64,000 nucleotides of DNA, from positions 1-64,000 of the forward strand of contig NZ_JAHXZR010000002.1 in the NCBI RefSeq assembly GCF_019740315.1. Direction: 5' to 3'. Source of the stretch: Oceanobacter mangrovi. GTDB taxonomy: Bacteria; Pseudomonadota; Gammaproteobacteria; Pseudomonadales; Oceanobacteraceae. The position numbers were made by a program, and so were the translations under genes. Under the pieces are notes generated by a model that was not told the DNA's origin, made no database searches, and saw only the letters and a list, made by a program, of their open reading frames with translations. How positions within the stretch are numbered: the first letter of the stretch is position 1; each line of letters opens with the position of its first letter. This document shows positions 1 through 8,092 of the stretch, one piece after another.

Positions 1-2
1 TG

Positions 3-119
3 GATATCGGCCGTTATCTGATGGGATTTTACAACCAGCAACGGCCACATACTGCGAATGATGGAATCAGTCCTCACGCCGCAGAAGAAAAACTTAAAAC
101 CGTGTCCGGAATCAGTTGA
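3..119 (+). mobile_element. IS3-family transposase (OrfB/integrase core) C-terminal fragment, truncated by the window edge
   Basis: Frame 3 translates to DIGRYLMGFYNQQRPHTANDGISPHAAEEKLKTVSGIS*, the conserved extreme C-terminus of IS3-family OrfB (YNxxRPHxxLGxxSPxxF motif). No start codon in the window. Confidence 0.5.
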
Positions 120-361
120 CCACTACACATGCCTTGTCAGAAGCGTTTGCGGAATCCAGCAGATTTATGTGTCAGAGAGCTGACTGTCAAGCACCTGAAG
201 GCTCTCTTGGCGGCATCACATCTGGGCTGTACCGATTGAACACCAGCGTGTTGGAAGGCATGAACAACAATATAAAGGTGATCAAACGGATGGCGTATGG
301 ACACCGGGATAACGCTTACTTCTTTTTGAAAATCAAAGCGGCGTTTCCCGGTAAAGTGTGA
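116..361 (+). mobile_element. ISL3-family transposase C-terminal fragment (remnant)
   Basis: The 81-aa ORF ends ...GITSGLYRLNTSVLEGMNNNIKVIKRMAYGHRDNAYFFLKIKAAFPG, matching the ISL3 transposase C-terminal signature (EGxNNKIKxIKRxAYGxR...F.LKI). It is far too short for an intact transposase. It overlaps the end of the IS3 fragment, which suggests nested or degraded insertions. Confidence 0.5.
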
Positions 362-388
362 TGAACCTTTTTATACCGGCCGTCAGTC

Positions 389-2008
389 TCAGGAGCGTTG
401 GAGATCACTCCATTTGAGGCTGAATTTGGCGAGATACTTTTGTAGGCGACTGGAATCATTACTGGAGTTCTTGTGCTGACGGCTGACGTCAAACAACTTG
501 CGACCGGCTGCGGCTAACGAACCGGACTGTTGGCAGATCTTCAGAACAGCAGCCAGTTGCAGCTGATCGAACTGGTCGATTTGCTGAATGGCTTGCTGGT
601 CCAGATACTGACCGAGAATCTCCCCGGTCTGTTGTGCTGCATGGTCTTGCCCTGAATCTTTGGCGCCGTTCCAGCTGCGTTGTAGGCGATCTATTTCCAG
701 CTGTACATCGAAAGTAGTGATGCGGGCAGACTCAGCCAGGGTACAGAGGCGAGTCACGGCGGCCCTCAAATCACGGAAGTTACCGCGCCAAAGGCTTTGC
801 GGTGACTGGGCAAAGCTCAGGAACTGATCTCGGGCTTCCTTATTGAAAAGCACCCTGCGACCATTTTTCTGGCTGTACTGTTCCAGTTCAAAGTTCAGGT
901 TGGCAGGAATGTCTTCGGGGCGTTCGTTCAGTGCGGGAAGTTGCCAGTTCCATAAATTAATGCGCGCCAGCAAATCCTCACGAAACAGCCCTTCGCCAAT
1001 GCGTTGCAGCAGGTTGCGGTTGGTGCCAGCAATTAGCTGAAAATCACTGTGCTGTGGTTGATCGCTGCCGACCGGGTAAAAGCTTTTATGCTCTAACGCA
1101 TGCAGCAACATGGCTTGTTCTTCCTGACCAAGTTCGCCAATTTCATCCAGAAACAGTATGCCTCTGTCGGCTCTTTTCAGAAAGCCTTCGCGACTGCTGT
1201 GGGCGCCTGTAAAAGCGCCTCGGGTGTGACCAAACAAGGCGGCCATGGCGTTGTCACCGTGCAGGGTGGCGCAGTTGACGCTGACCAGTTCGCCCTTGAC
1301 CTGCCCCCTGATTTTCTTCAGCTGATAAATACGGGAAGCCAGTTGGGATTTGCCTGCGCCGGTCGGGCCGGTCAACAGAATTGGCTCTGCCGAGCGAATA
1401 GCGACCTTTTCGATTTCGGCAATCATGCGGTTGAAACGGGGGTTAGCGGTATTGATGCCCTGTTTCAGAAAGTCGCTACCTTGCTGGTGTTCGGTTTCAA
1501 AGCGGCTGGCGAGCTGGTCGTAGCGTGAGAGGTCGAGATCAATGGTTTGTACCCGACCAATCGATTTTACCGGGTTACTGGAATCCGGTGAGCTCTGTAT
1601 CAGTTTGCCAGGGAAGTGGCGGCTTTCTGTGAGCAGAAAGCCGCAGATCTGGGCGACGTGTGTGCCGGTGGTGATGTGAAACAGGTAGTCGTTGTTGTCT
1701 GTATCAAAGGTGTGGTTTTGGCACCAGTCAAACAAACCAGCGTAGACCTCTTCAAAATCCCACGGATCGCGGAAGTTGATCTGCTGCGGAATCACTCTGG
1801 TCTCAGGCGAAACGGATTCAATATCAGCACTGATTCGGCCTGCCAGGCGCTCGTAGTCGCTGTCGTGCAGTAGATATAGCTCATCAATTTGCAGATGTGG
1901 CTGGCTGCACAGGGAAATATTTGGTCGCCAGCGAGCCCAGCGATCATTTCTCTTGCCACTGAAGTCGAGTTGGGTGCCCAGAAAACTCAAAACGATGGTC
2001 TTTTTCAT
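389..2008 (-). CDS. rtcR: Sigma-54-dependent transcriptional activator RtcR (N-terminal CARF domain, AAA+ sigma54-interaction domain, C-terminal HTH)
   Basis: Colinear similarity to E. coli RtcR from the N-terminus (VLSFLGTQLDFSGKR...WRPNISLC...SVSPETRVI...NFRDPWDFEEVYAGLFDWC...YLFHITTGTHVAQICGFLL...LIQSSP). Walker A GPTGAGKS and GAFTGA sigma54-contact motif are present. The gene is divergent from rtcB/rtcA. Start chosen at the MKKTIV codon (2006-2008). Confidence 0.85.
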   Translation of the reverse strand: MKKTIVLSFLGTQLDFSGKRNDRWARWRPNISLCSQPHLQIDELYLLHDSDYERLAGRISADIESVSPETRVIPQQINFRDPWDFEEVYAGLFDWCQNHTFDTDNNDYLFHITTGTHVAQICGFLLTESRHFPGKLIQSSPDSSNPVKSIGRVQTIDLDLSRYDQLASRFETEHQQGSDFLKQGINTANPRFNRMIAEIEKVAIRSAEPILLTGPTGAGKSQLASRIYQLKKIRGQVKGELVSVNCATLHGDNAMAALFGHTRGAFTGAHSSREGFLKRADRGILFLDEIGELGQEEQAMLLHALEHKSFYPVGSDQPQHSDFQLIAGTNRNLLQRIGEGLFREDLLARINLWNWQLPALNERPEDIPANLNFELEQYSQKNGRRVLFNKEARDQFLSFAQSPQSLWRGNFRDLRAAVTRLCTLAESARITTFDVQLEIDRLQRSWNGAKDSGQDHAAQQTGEILGQYLDQQAIQQIDQFDQLQLAAVLKICQQSGSLAAAGRKLFDVSRQHKNSSNDSSRLQKYLAKFSLKWSDLQRS

Positions 2009-2164
2009 TCTGTCCTGGATCCTATCCATAAATATAAATACCTATCTTTAAGGATATATCCGGGCTATAGGAAATACTGCCTGTTTTATCCAGAAAATAA
2101 TCCCGATTTAAATAAATATAATAAAAACAATGACTTAAAATTAATTTTCAGGCCATTTCAAAAA

Positions 2165-2180
2165 CTGGCACGCGACTTGG
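2165..2180 (+). promoter_or_regulatory. Candidate sigma-54 (-24/-12) promoter for the leader-SPFH-rtcB-rtcA operon
   Basis: TGGCACGcgacTTGGaa has a perfect -24 element (TGGCACG) and correct spacing, but the -12 element reads TTGG rather than TTGC. It is positioned divergently from rtcR, as expected for an RtcR-dependent promoter. Confidence 0.4.
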
Positions 2181-2191
2181 AATTACAAGGG

Positions 2192-2480
2192 TGTAACTCA
2201 GGGTGTGATTCTGAATCACCCCGGTGCGCCAGGAATACCTTTGCGTATGCCGTTACAAACACATGAATCGGATAGCTCTATGGCTGAGCCCGGTCGAGAG
2301 GCCGGAGGTGCAGGTTCGATCCCTGCTCCGATAACCAGGAAGCTCGACAAAACGCGGGATTCGAGCCCCCGCTCCTGACTAAATACCCAAGCGAAAGAGG
2401 GGGTGCGAAGACAGTCTCTGAGGATGTAACGGGCGTAAGAATAACGAATAACACAGGCCGGATTGCCGCTGTTATTCCGG
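2192..2480 (+). ncRNA. Structured 5' leader / candidate Y-RNA-like (YrlA-like) ncRNA containing a tRNA-like cloverleaf, ending at a hairpin plus pyrimidine-rich tract
   Basis: Positions 2266-2337 fold as a 72-nt cloverleaf. Acceptor ATCGGA/TCCGAT; D-arm GCTC-tatGGct-GAGC with GG in the loop; T-arm GCAGG-TTCGATC-CCTGC with canonical T-loop; 3' tail AACCA. The 'anticodon' arm is non-canonical (CCGG-8 nt loop-CCGG). A second T-arm-like motif (GCGGG-ATTCGAGCC-CCCGC) lies at about 2361-2380. A bulged hairpin AATAACAcAG...CTGTTATT followed by a T/C-rich tract at about 2437-2490 could be the 3' end or an attenuator. Confidence 0.4.
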
Positions 2481-2541
2481 TTCTTCGCCCCTTCTTCCAC
2501 ACGCTGATTTTCCCACTCTCGATGTTTGAAAAGGACATTTT

Positions 2542-3744
2542 ATGAAATTCAAAACAATCCGGAACGTTACCGATAGCCAGCGTGAGCTGGTCTACAAAGA
2601 CCGCCAGCTGGTACAAATCCTGACCGCCGGACGGCATTCATTTTTTGACTGGAAACAGTCCCTGACTTTTCACAGCTTTGATGTGAACGACATTTACCTG
2701 AGTGATCCGGACACCCTTCGCTGGTACGCCCGTTCGAAGCTGCTGCAACAGCATGTTCACTTCTGGCAATTACAGCCTGACCAGCTGGGGCTGCTGTATC
2801 TCGACGGCATGTTGCGTGGCGTCGTGGCACCGGGTGAACAGGTTTATATCTGGAAGGATGTTGGCAAGGTGGAATTGAAAACCATCGACTTTGAACAACA
2901 GTTGCAGCTCGATAACGGTCTGCTACGCGAAATCAATCGGGTGGGGGCCAACCAGTCCAAACGGTTGATTCGCAGCGAAGCTTCGGTGGCGGTGAAGCCG
3001 GTGACTGAATTCACGGTGGCCAGCTGGCATGTGGGTTTGTTGTATCAGGACGGCGAGTTTGTACGGCAGTTGGCGCCGGGACGTTATGGCTTCTGGCAAT
3101 TCAATCATGAGTATGAGGTTCGTCAGTTTGACCTGCGCGCCACCATGCTGGACATCAGTGGTCAGGAGATTCTCAGCAAGGATCGGGTAAGTCTGCGAAT
3201 CAACCTGTCAGCGACGGTGAAAACCATCGACGTCACGCTGTTGGCTGCCAGTGTCGACCAGCCCCATGAGTACATCTACAAACTGCTGCAGTTGGCATTG
3301 CGGGAAGCCGTTGGTACCAAGACCCTGGACGAACTGCTGCTCGACAAACTGTACGTCAACGAGACAGTGCGCGACATCGTGCGTGAGTCGTTGACAGCCA
3401 TCGGTATCGAGCTGGTAGGCGTGGGCGTCAAGGACATCATTTTGCCCGGTGAGATGAAGGCGATCCTGAATCAGGTGGTCGAAGCCCAGAAAGCGGCAGA
3501 AGCCAATGTGATCAAGCGACGGGAAGAAACCGCCGCCACTCGCAGCCTGCACAATACCGCCAAAGTGATGGATAACAACCCGATTTTGCTGCGCCTGAAG
3601 GAACTGGAAGCACTTGAAAAAGTGGCTGAAAAAATCGACAGCCTGACGGTACATAACGGCCTTGATGGCTTGATGAAAGGATTGGTGACGATGCAGCCAG
3701 CTCAAATCGCTGAGGCTCAGAAACAAGGAAAAAACCATGTGTAA
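2542..3744 (+). CDS. SPFH/band-7 (stomatin/prohibitin-like, slipin family) protein, first ORF of the rtc operon
   Basis: 400 aa. The SPFH core is visible (DRVSLRINLSATVKTIDV...; EAQKAAEANVIKRREETAATR coiled-coil tail). An RBS AAAAGGA precedes the ATG. The stop overlaps the rtcB start by 8 nt. Confidence 0.75.
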   Translation: MKFKTIRNVTDSQRELVYKDRQLVQILTAGRHSFFDWKQSLTFHSFDVNDIYLSDPDTLRWYARSKLLQQHVHFWQLQPDQLGLLYLDGMLRGVVAPGEQVYIWKDVGKVELKTIDFEQQLQLDNGLLREINRVGANQSKRLIRSEASVAVKPVTEFTVASWHVGLLYQDGEFVRQLAPGRYGFWQFNHEYEVRQFDLRATMLDISGQEILSKDRVSLRINLSATVKTIDVTLLAASVDQPHEYIYKLLQLALREAVGTKTLDELLLDKLYVNETVRDIVRESLTAIGIELVGVGVKDIILPGEMKAILNQVVEAQKAAEANVIKRREETAATRSLHNTAKVMDNNPILLRLKELEALEKVAEKIDSLTVHNGLDGLMKGLVTMQPAQIAEAQKQGKNHV

Positions 3745-4966
3745 CCACGATAACTATCAAGTGTTCGATCAGCTTGGCCGAGTGCCTGTCAAAGCTTGGG
3801 TTAACGGCGTGCCGTTTGAAAATGAGGCTCGCAAGCAGTTGGCCAACATTGCCAGTATGGATCTGGTGCATTCCCACATAGCGGTGATGCCTGACGTACA
3901 TTTGGGTAAAGGTGCGACCATTGGCAGCGTGATTCCATCGGTCAACGCGGTGATTCCTGCGGCGGTAGGCGTGGACATCGGCTGCGGTATGGTCGCCAAC
4001 AAAACCAGCCTGAAAGCCCGTGACCTGCCTGACAGCCTGAAGGAAATCCGCCACGCTTTCGAAGCGGCTGTACCGCATGGGCGTTCTTCCGGGCGTGGTC
4101 GCCGCGATACCGGTGCCTGGCACGATTTGCCTGAGCTGGTGGTGGCCGGCTGGAGCACGCTGGCGCAGCGTTTTGAGAAAATTTGCAGCAAGCATCCAGC
4201 GATCCGCCAAACCAACAACATCAATCACCTCGGCACCATGGGGACAGGTAATCATTTCCTGGAGCTGTGCCTGGATACGGAGGGTAGTGTTTGGCTGATG
4301 TTGCACTCTGGCAGTCGTGGGGTGGGTAACCGTATTGGCACCTACTTCATTGAACTGGCCCGTAAGGAAATGGAGCGCCACCAGATTCAGCTGCCGGACA
4401 TGGATCTGGCCTATCTTGAAGAAGGCAGTGAGTATTTTGATGACTACGTGGAAGCGGTGGAGTGGGCTCAGGATTACGCTGCTATCAACCGCGACATCAT
4501 GATGAAAAATGCCATTGCTGCCTTGCAGAAAGTTCTGGGACGGCCGTTCGAGAGCGCGAAATTAGCGGTGAATTGTCACCATAACTACGTTTCGCGTGAG
4601 CACCACTTTGGCAAGGATTGCTACGTTACCCGCAAGGGTGCGGTGCGCGCGCAGCAAGGTGAAATGGGGATTATTCCGGGCAGCATGGGAGCACGATCCT
4701 ACATCGTTCGAGGGTTGGGCAATCCGCAAAGCTTCAACAGTTGCAGTCACGGAGCCGGGCGTGTGATGTCACGCACCAAAGCCAAAAAGGTCTACTCAAT
4801 TGCCGATCAGGAGGCTGCAACCGCCGGAGTCGAGTGCCGCAAGGACGAAGGCATGATTGATGAAATCCCGCATGCCTACAAGGACATCGACAAGGTGATG
4901 GCAGCCCAGCAGGATCTGGTCGAGGTGGTCCATACCCTGAAACAAATTGTCTGCGTGAAAGGGTAA
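3737..4966 (+). CDS. rtcB: RNA-splicing ligase RtcB (3'-phosphate/5'-OH RNA ligase)
   Basis: Near-identical motifs to E. coli RtcB: HIAVMPDVHLGKGATIGSVIP...AAVGVDIGCGM, HSGSRGVGN, NCHHNY. Confidence 0.9.
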   Translation: MCNHDNYQVFDQLGRVPVKAWVNGVPFENEARKQLANIASMDLVHSHIAVMPDVHLGKGATIGSVIPSVNAVIPAAVGVDIGCGMVANKTSLKARDLPDSLKEIRHAFEAAVPHGRSSGRGRRDTGAWHDLPELVVAGWSTLAQRFEKICSKHPAIRQTNNINHLGTMGTGNHFLELCLDTEGSVWLMLHSGSRGVGNRIGTYFIELARKEMERHQIQLPDMDLAYLEEGSEYFDDYVEAVEWAQDYAAINRDIMMKNAIAALQKVLGRPFESAKLAVNCHHNYVSREHHFGKDCYVTRKGAVRAQQGEMGIIPGSMGARSYIVRGLGNPQSFNSCSHGAGRVMSRTKAKKVYSIADQEAATAGVECRKDEGMIDEIPHAYKDIDKVMAAQQDLVEVVHTLKQIVCVKG

Positions 4967-4972
4967 GGAACG

Positions 4973-6004
4973 ATGGTTGTGACATCTTCATGGATGCAGG
5001 TGGACGGTGCCATGGGCGAGGGCGGTGGTCAGGTGCTGCGCACCTCGCTGACGTTGGCGTTGTTGCAGCAGCGGCCACTGCGGATAACCAACATTCGTGC
5101 CGGTCGCAGCAAACCCGGCTTGATGCGTCAGCATCTGGCCTGTGCTCGCGCAGCAGCAGCTATTTGTGCTGGTACGCTGCGGGGGGATGAGCCGGGCTCG
5201 GACTGGCTTGAGTTTGAACCTGCGCCAGTCAAGGGCGGGCTTTACGAATTCGCCATCAGTACCGCAGGCAGCACGGCGCTGGTCTGCCAGACCGTACTGC
5301 TGCCACTGGTACTGGCGTCGGAGCCGTCGACGGCTGAGTTTCGGGGTGGTACTCACAATGGCTTGTCGCCGTCAGTGGATTTTCTGCGGCAATCGTTTTT
5401 GCCGTTGCTGCAAACGATGGGGGTAACCACCCGGTTAAGCCTGCATCGACATGGCTTCATGCCCGCGGGTGGCGGTCATTGGACATTGGAAATCGTGCCC
5501 GTGCAGCAGCTTGTGCCCCTGCAACTGGAGCACGTAGTTCCAGCCGTTGCTGACCCGGTCGCTGTTGTTTGTCAGAATCAGTTACCGCGCAACATTGCCG
5601 AGCGTCAGCTGACCGAGCTGAAGCGCCGGTTGGGAATGGATCTGGTCACAACCGTGGAATTTGTCGATGCCCTCGGTGCTGGCAATATGCTGGCGCTTGA
5701 AGTGGCTTTGCCGGAATTTGTCCAACGCTTTGAACTGCCTGCCGCAATGGGCAGTAGTGCAGAAAAGATCGCCCGCAGGCTGGCCGGGTTTTATCGAAAA
5801 TGGCAGCACAGCAATGTCGCGGTGGACGAATATCTGGCCGACCAACTGTTGTTACCAATTGCATTGGCCGGTGCCGGTCGCTTTACCACCACGGCACCGA
5901 GCCTGCATACCCGTACCAATATCGAGCTGATCGAACAGCTGACTGGCCAACGTTTCCAACAGCAGCAACTCGATGCATCGCGCTGGCTGGTGTCATTGTG
6001 CTGA
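4973..6004 (+). CDS. rtcA: RNA 3'-terminal phosphate cyclase RtcA
   Basis: The N-terminal DGAMGEGGGQVLRTSLTLALL motif is typical of RtcA. Length 343 aa. It lies immediately downstream of rtcB. Confidence 0.85.
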   Translation: MVVTSSWMQVDGAMGEGGGQVLRTSLTLALLQQRPLRITNIRAGRSKPGLMRQHLACARAAAAICAGTLRGDEPGSDWLEFEPAPVKGGLYEFAISTAGSTALVCQTVLLPLVLASEPSTAEFRGGTHNGLSPSVDFLRQSFLPLLQTMGVTTRLSLHRHGFMPAGGGHWTLEIVPVQQLVPLQLEHVVPAVADPVAVVCQNQLPRNIAERQLTELKRRLGMDLVTTVEFVDALGAGNMLALEVALPEFVQRFELPAAMGSSAEKIARRLAGFYRKWQHSNVAVDEYLADQLLLPIALAGAGRFTTTAPSLHTRTNIELIEQLTGQRFQQQQLDASRWLVSLC

Positions 6005-6013
6005 TCACCCGGC

Positions 6014-8092
6014 TTATGCCGGGCTTTCCATCGGATGAATTACTCTTACTACTGGCAGGATTGTTGCCATGTCCAATAACTGAGTGACACACCAGACGGC
6101 ACGCAGCGAATCGAGCGGTGCGGCGGATTGCAGCAGCCGGGCCAGGGCTTTCAGGCCCATATCCTCGCAGCGCCGCGCCAGTTCGGCATGGGCGGCGGCG
6201 CCCGGTGGCTGGTCGGCGAGCTGATCGAGGCAATGAATCAGCAGCTGTTGCAGACGGCTGGTTTGCCCGTTTTGGGTTGGCTGGCTGTTGAGTTTGGCCA
6301 GCCAGCAGCTGAAGCGGGTGGGCCGGTAGCGGTTTTCCAGCGTATCGAAGTAGAGGTTGAACCAGAGAGCAGGTTTTTTCTCGCCTGCTGGCGCTGTGGT
6401 CTGTTCCTGGGTCTCTTGCTCTTTATTCTGAGCTGAGGGCTCCTTGCCCTGAGCTGAAGGCTCTTTGTCCTGCGCTGAGGGCTCTGAATAGCGACTTTTC
6501 GGTGGTTTCGGCAGAACGCTGGCTGGCAGCCGTAGGGTACAGGGCGTCAGCCGCACGCGTACATGGTTGCGCTCAATGCGGGCGACGATTAGTTCCGGCA
6601 AATGCTGTTCCAGCGCCATCAGGTTGATGATTGCCTGTTTTGTCAGGGGGGAGCTGGTCAGCTCAAACCCCAGCATATGGCCGTCTCGATCGGCGTACTG
6701 CACGGTCAGGGTCTGGCTGGCTTCATCAAATTGAGTGCTGTGGCAGGCACTGGGCCGGAAGCAGAGGAATTCTGCCTGCCAGTCGATCTCATCGACATGA
6801 TCAATGCTGACCGGCTCGGCCGGCGCTAATGGCTGATCGGAATTCACAGAGGCGGGCGGTTGGGCATAAACCCGGGTGGCCTGCATCCGTCGCAGCCGGT
6901 TCCAGCCGTTCAGCTCGGCATTGTCGAGGGCCATGATTTTGCCCATCCAGGCCATGCCGGACGGCGCACCGTCGAGCCAGCCGCCGCTTTGCCAGGTCTG
7001 CTCAAAGCTCAGCGCCGGGCTGGCACTGGCCCGGCTCTCGGCCAGCGTCACAAACTGTCCTTGCGGGTCTTGCAGAATCAGGGTGACGCCATGGGCACCG
7101 CTGTCGTTGCGCCATGGATAGCCGCCCAGTCCGAACAGCTGTTGCGGAGCCTGTTGCAGCGGCTTGAGTTGCTCCGGCTGGACCTGCTCCAGACTGACCA
7201 GCAGTTTGGCCATGCTGACCAGAATGGCGCTGCGATCACGAATCCCCCGACCGCTGACGTAACGCTCCAGCCCGCTGAGCAGCTGCTTCAGCGCGGCGCT
7301 GTTCATGCCCAGCCGCTGCATCGGCATCTCCATGGCTTCCAGTTCCAGCAAGGCGGTAGGGCGCAGCTGGTCGATGCCCTGCATCAGCATGTGTTGCAGA
7401 TGATGGCGAATCCGCTCGCCCAGCCACTGTTGTGATTGTTGGCTGATGCCGGCCTGTTGCTGCTGTTCTGCGCCAAGCCAGTCCGGCCATTCAAACCTGA
7501 GCTGTTGCTGCTGGCAGTACAGCCACACCGCCAGCAAGCGCATCGGCTCGCTTTGTGAGTGACAGATCAGATCATCCAGACCGCGCGCCTGGCGAAAGTG
7601 AATCTCATCCTGATGGATCTGTACCCGCACCATGCCAGAGTCGTTTTGAGTCTCGATGCTGTAGGCCCAGCGTTTTTGGCTTTGCTTCCATAACTGGCGG
7701 ACCTTCGCCTTGCCCGCAGATTTCAGCAGGGCGGGGATATCGAGGTCAGGTGCCCAGGGTTGGCAGCCAGCTTTTTGGACTTCAGCGTCTGACGTCTGAC
7801 GTCCGACGTCCGACCCTTGCCCTTCAGTATCCGGCGTCAGACCTCCAGCGTCAGACGTCTGATTTAAGGTCTCCGCCACATACAAACAGACGGCGATGAT
7901 GTGTTTGCACAGTCCGGAGGCGGCGCAGTCGCACTGGCTGAGGTTGGGGTTGTCGCGGTTGAACTGGCCGTGCTGGCCTTCAAATTCAAAGCGGTCGCCA
8001 TCCGCCAGAATCGGGCTGGCCTTGTCCAGTGCCTTGCGGGCGCGGCGCACCAGTCCGGGGCTGCTGAGGCTGGCGAGCAAATCGTCGTTCAT
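6014..8092 (-). CDS. SWIM zinc-finger domain protein (YehQ-like), last gene of the yeh-like cluster
   Basis: N-terminal CDCAASGLCKHIIAVCLY has the SWIM CxC...CxH signature. 692 aa. Its start overlaps the stop of the upstream VWA gene (ATGA at 8089-8092). Contains internal peptide repeats (KEPSAQx)3. Confidence 0.7.
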   Translation of the reverse strand: MNDDLLASLSSPGLVRRARKALDKASPILADGDRFEFEGQHGQFNRDNPNLSQCDCAASGLCKHIIAVCLYVAETLNQTSDAGGLTPDTEGQGSDVGRQTSDAEVQKAGCQPWAPDLDIPALLKSAGKAKVRQLWKQSQKRWAYSIETQNDSGMVRVQIHQDEIHFRQARGLDDLICHSQSEPMRLLAVWLYCQQQQLRFEWPDWLGAEQQQQAGISQQSQQWLGERIRHHLQHMLMQGIDQLRPTALLELEAMEMPMQRLGMNSAALKQLLSGLERYVSGRGIRDRSAILVSMAKLLVSLEQVQPEQLKPLQQAPQQLFGLGGYPWRNDSGAHGVTLILQDPQGQFVTLAESRASASPALSFEQTWQSGGWLDGAPSGMAWMGKIMALDNAELNGWNRLRRMQATRVYAQPPASVNSDQPLAPAEPVSIDHVDEIDWQAEFLCFRPSACHSTQFDEASQTLTVQYADRDGHMLGFELTSSPLTKQAIINLMALEQHLPELIVARIERNHVRVRLTPCTLRLPASVLPKPPKSRYSEPSAQDKEPSAQGKEPSAQNKEQETQEQTTAPAGEKKPALWFNLYFDTLENRYRPTRFSCWLAKLNSQPTQNGQTSRLQQLLIHCLDQLADQPPGAAAHAELARRCEDMGLKALARLLQSAAPLDSLRAVWCVTQLLDMATILPVVRVIHPMESPA

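Noticed and set aside
2266-2337. Calling the cloverleaf a bona fide tRNA gene
   Set aside because: The anticodon arm does not fit a 5-bp stem with 7-nt loop and conserved U33, and the acceptor top pair is A.A. It is better described as a tRNA-like element or Y-RNA-like mimic.
2216-2637. Minus-strand ORFs 2216-2500 and 2278-2637 overlapping the rtc leader
   Set aside because: They overlap the sigma54 leader/tRNA-like region and the start of the SPFH gene. There are no RBS or protein motifs. They are interpreted as non-coding or shadow ORFs.
6008-6030. Hairpin CCCGGC-ttat-GCCGGG between convergent rtcA and the SWIM gene as a terminator
   Set aside because: The stem is short and there is no clear U-tract. 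It also overlaps the SWIM gene 3' end. It may still act as a weak bidirectional terminator, but it is not listed as a feature.
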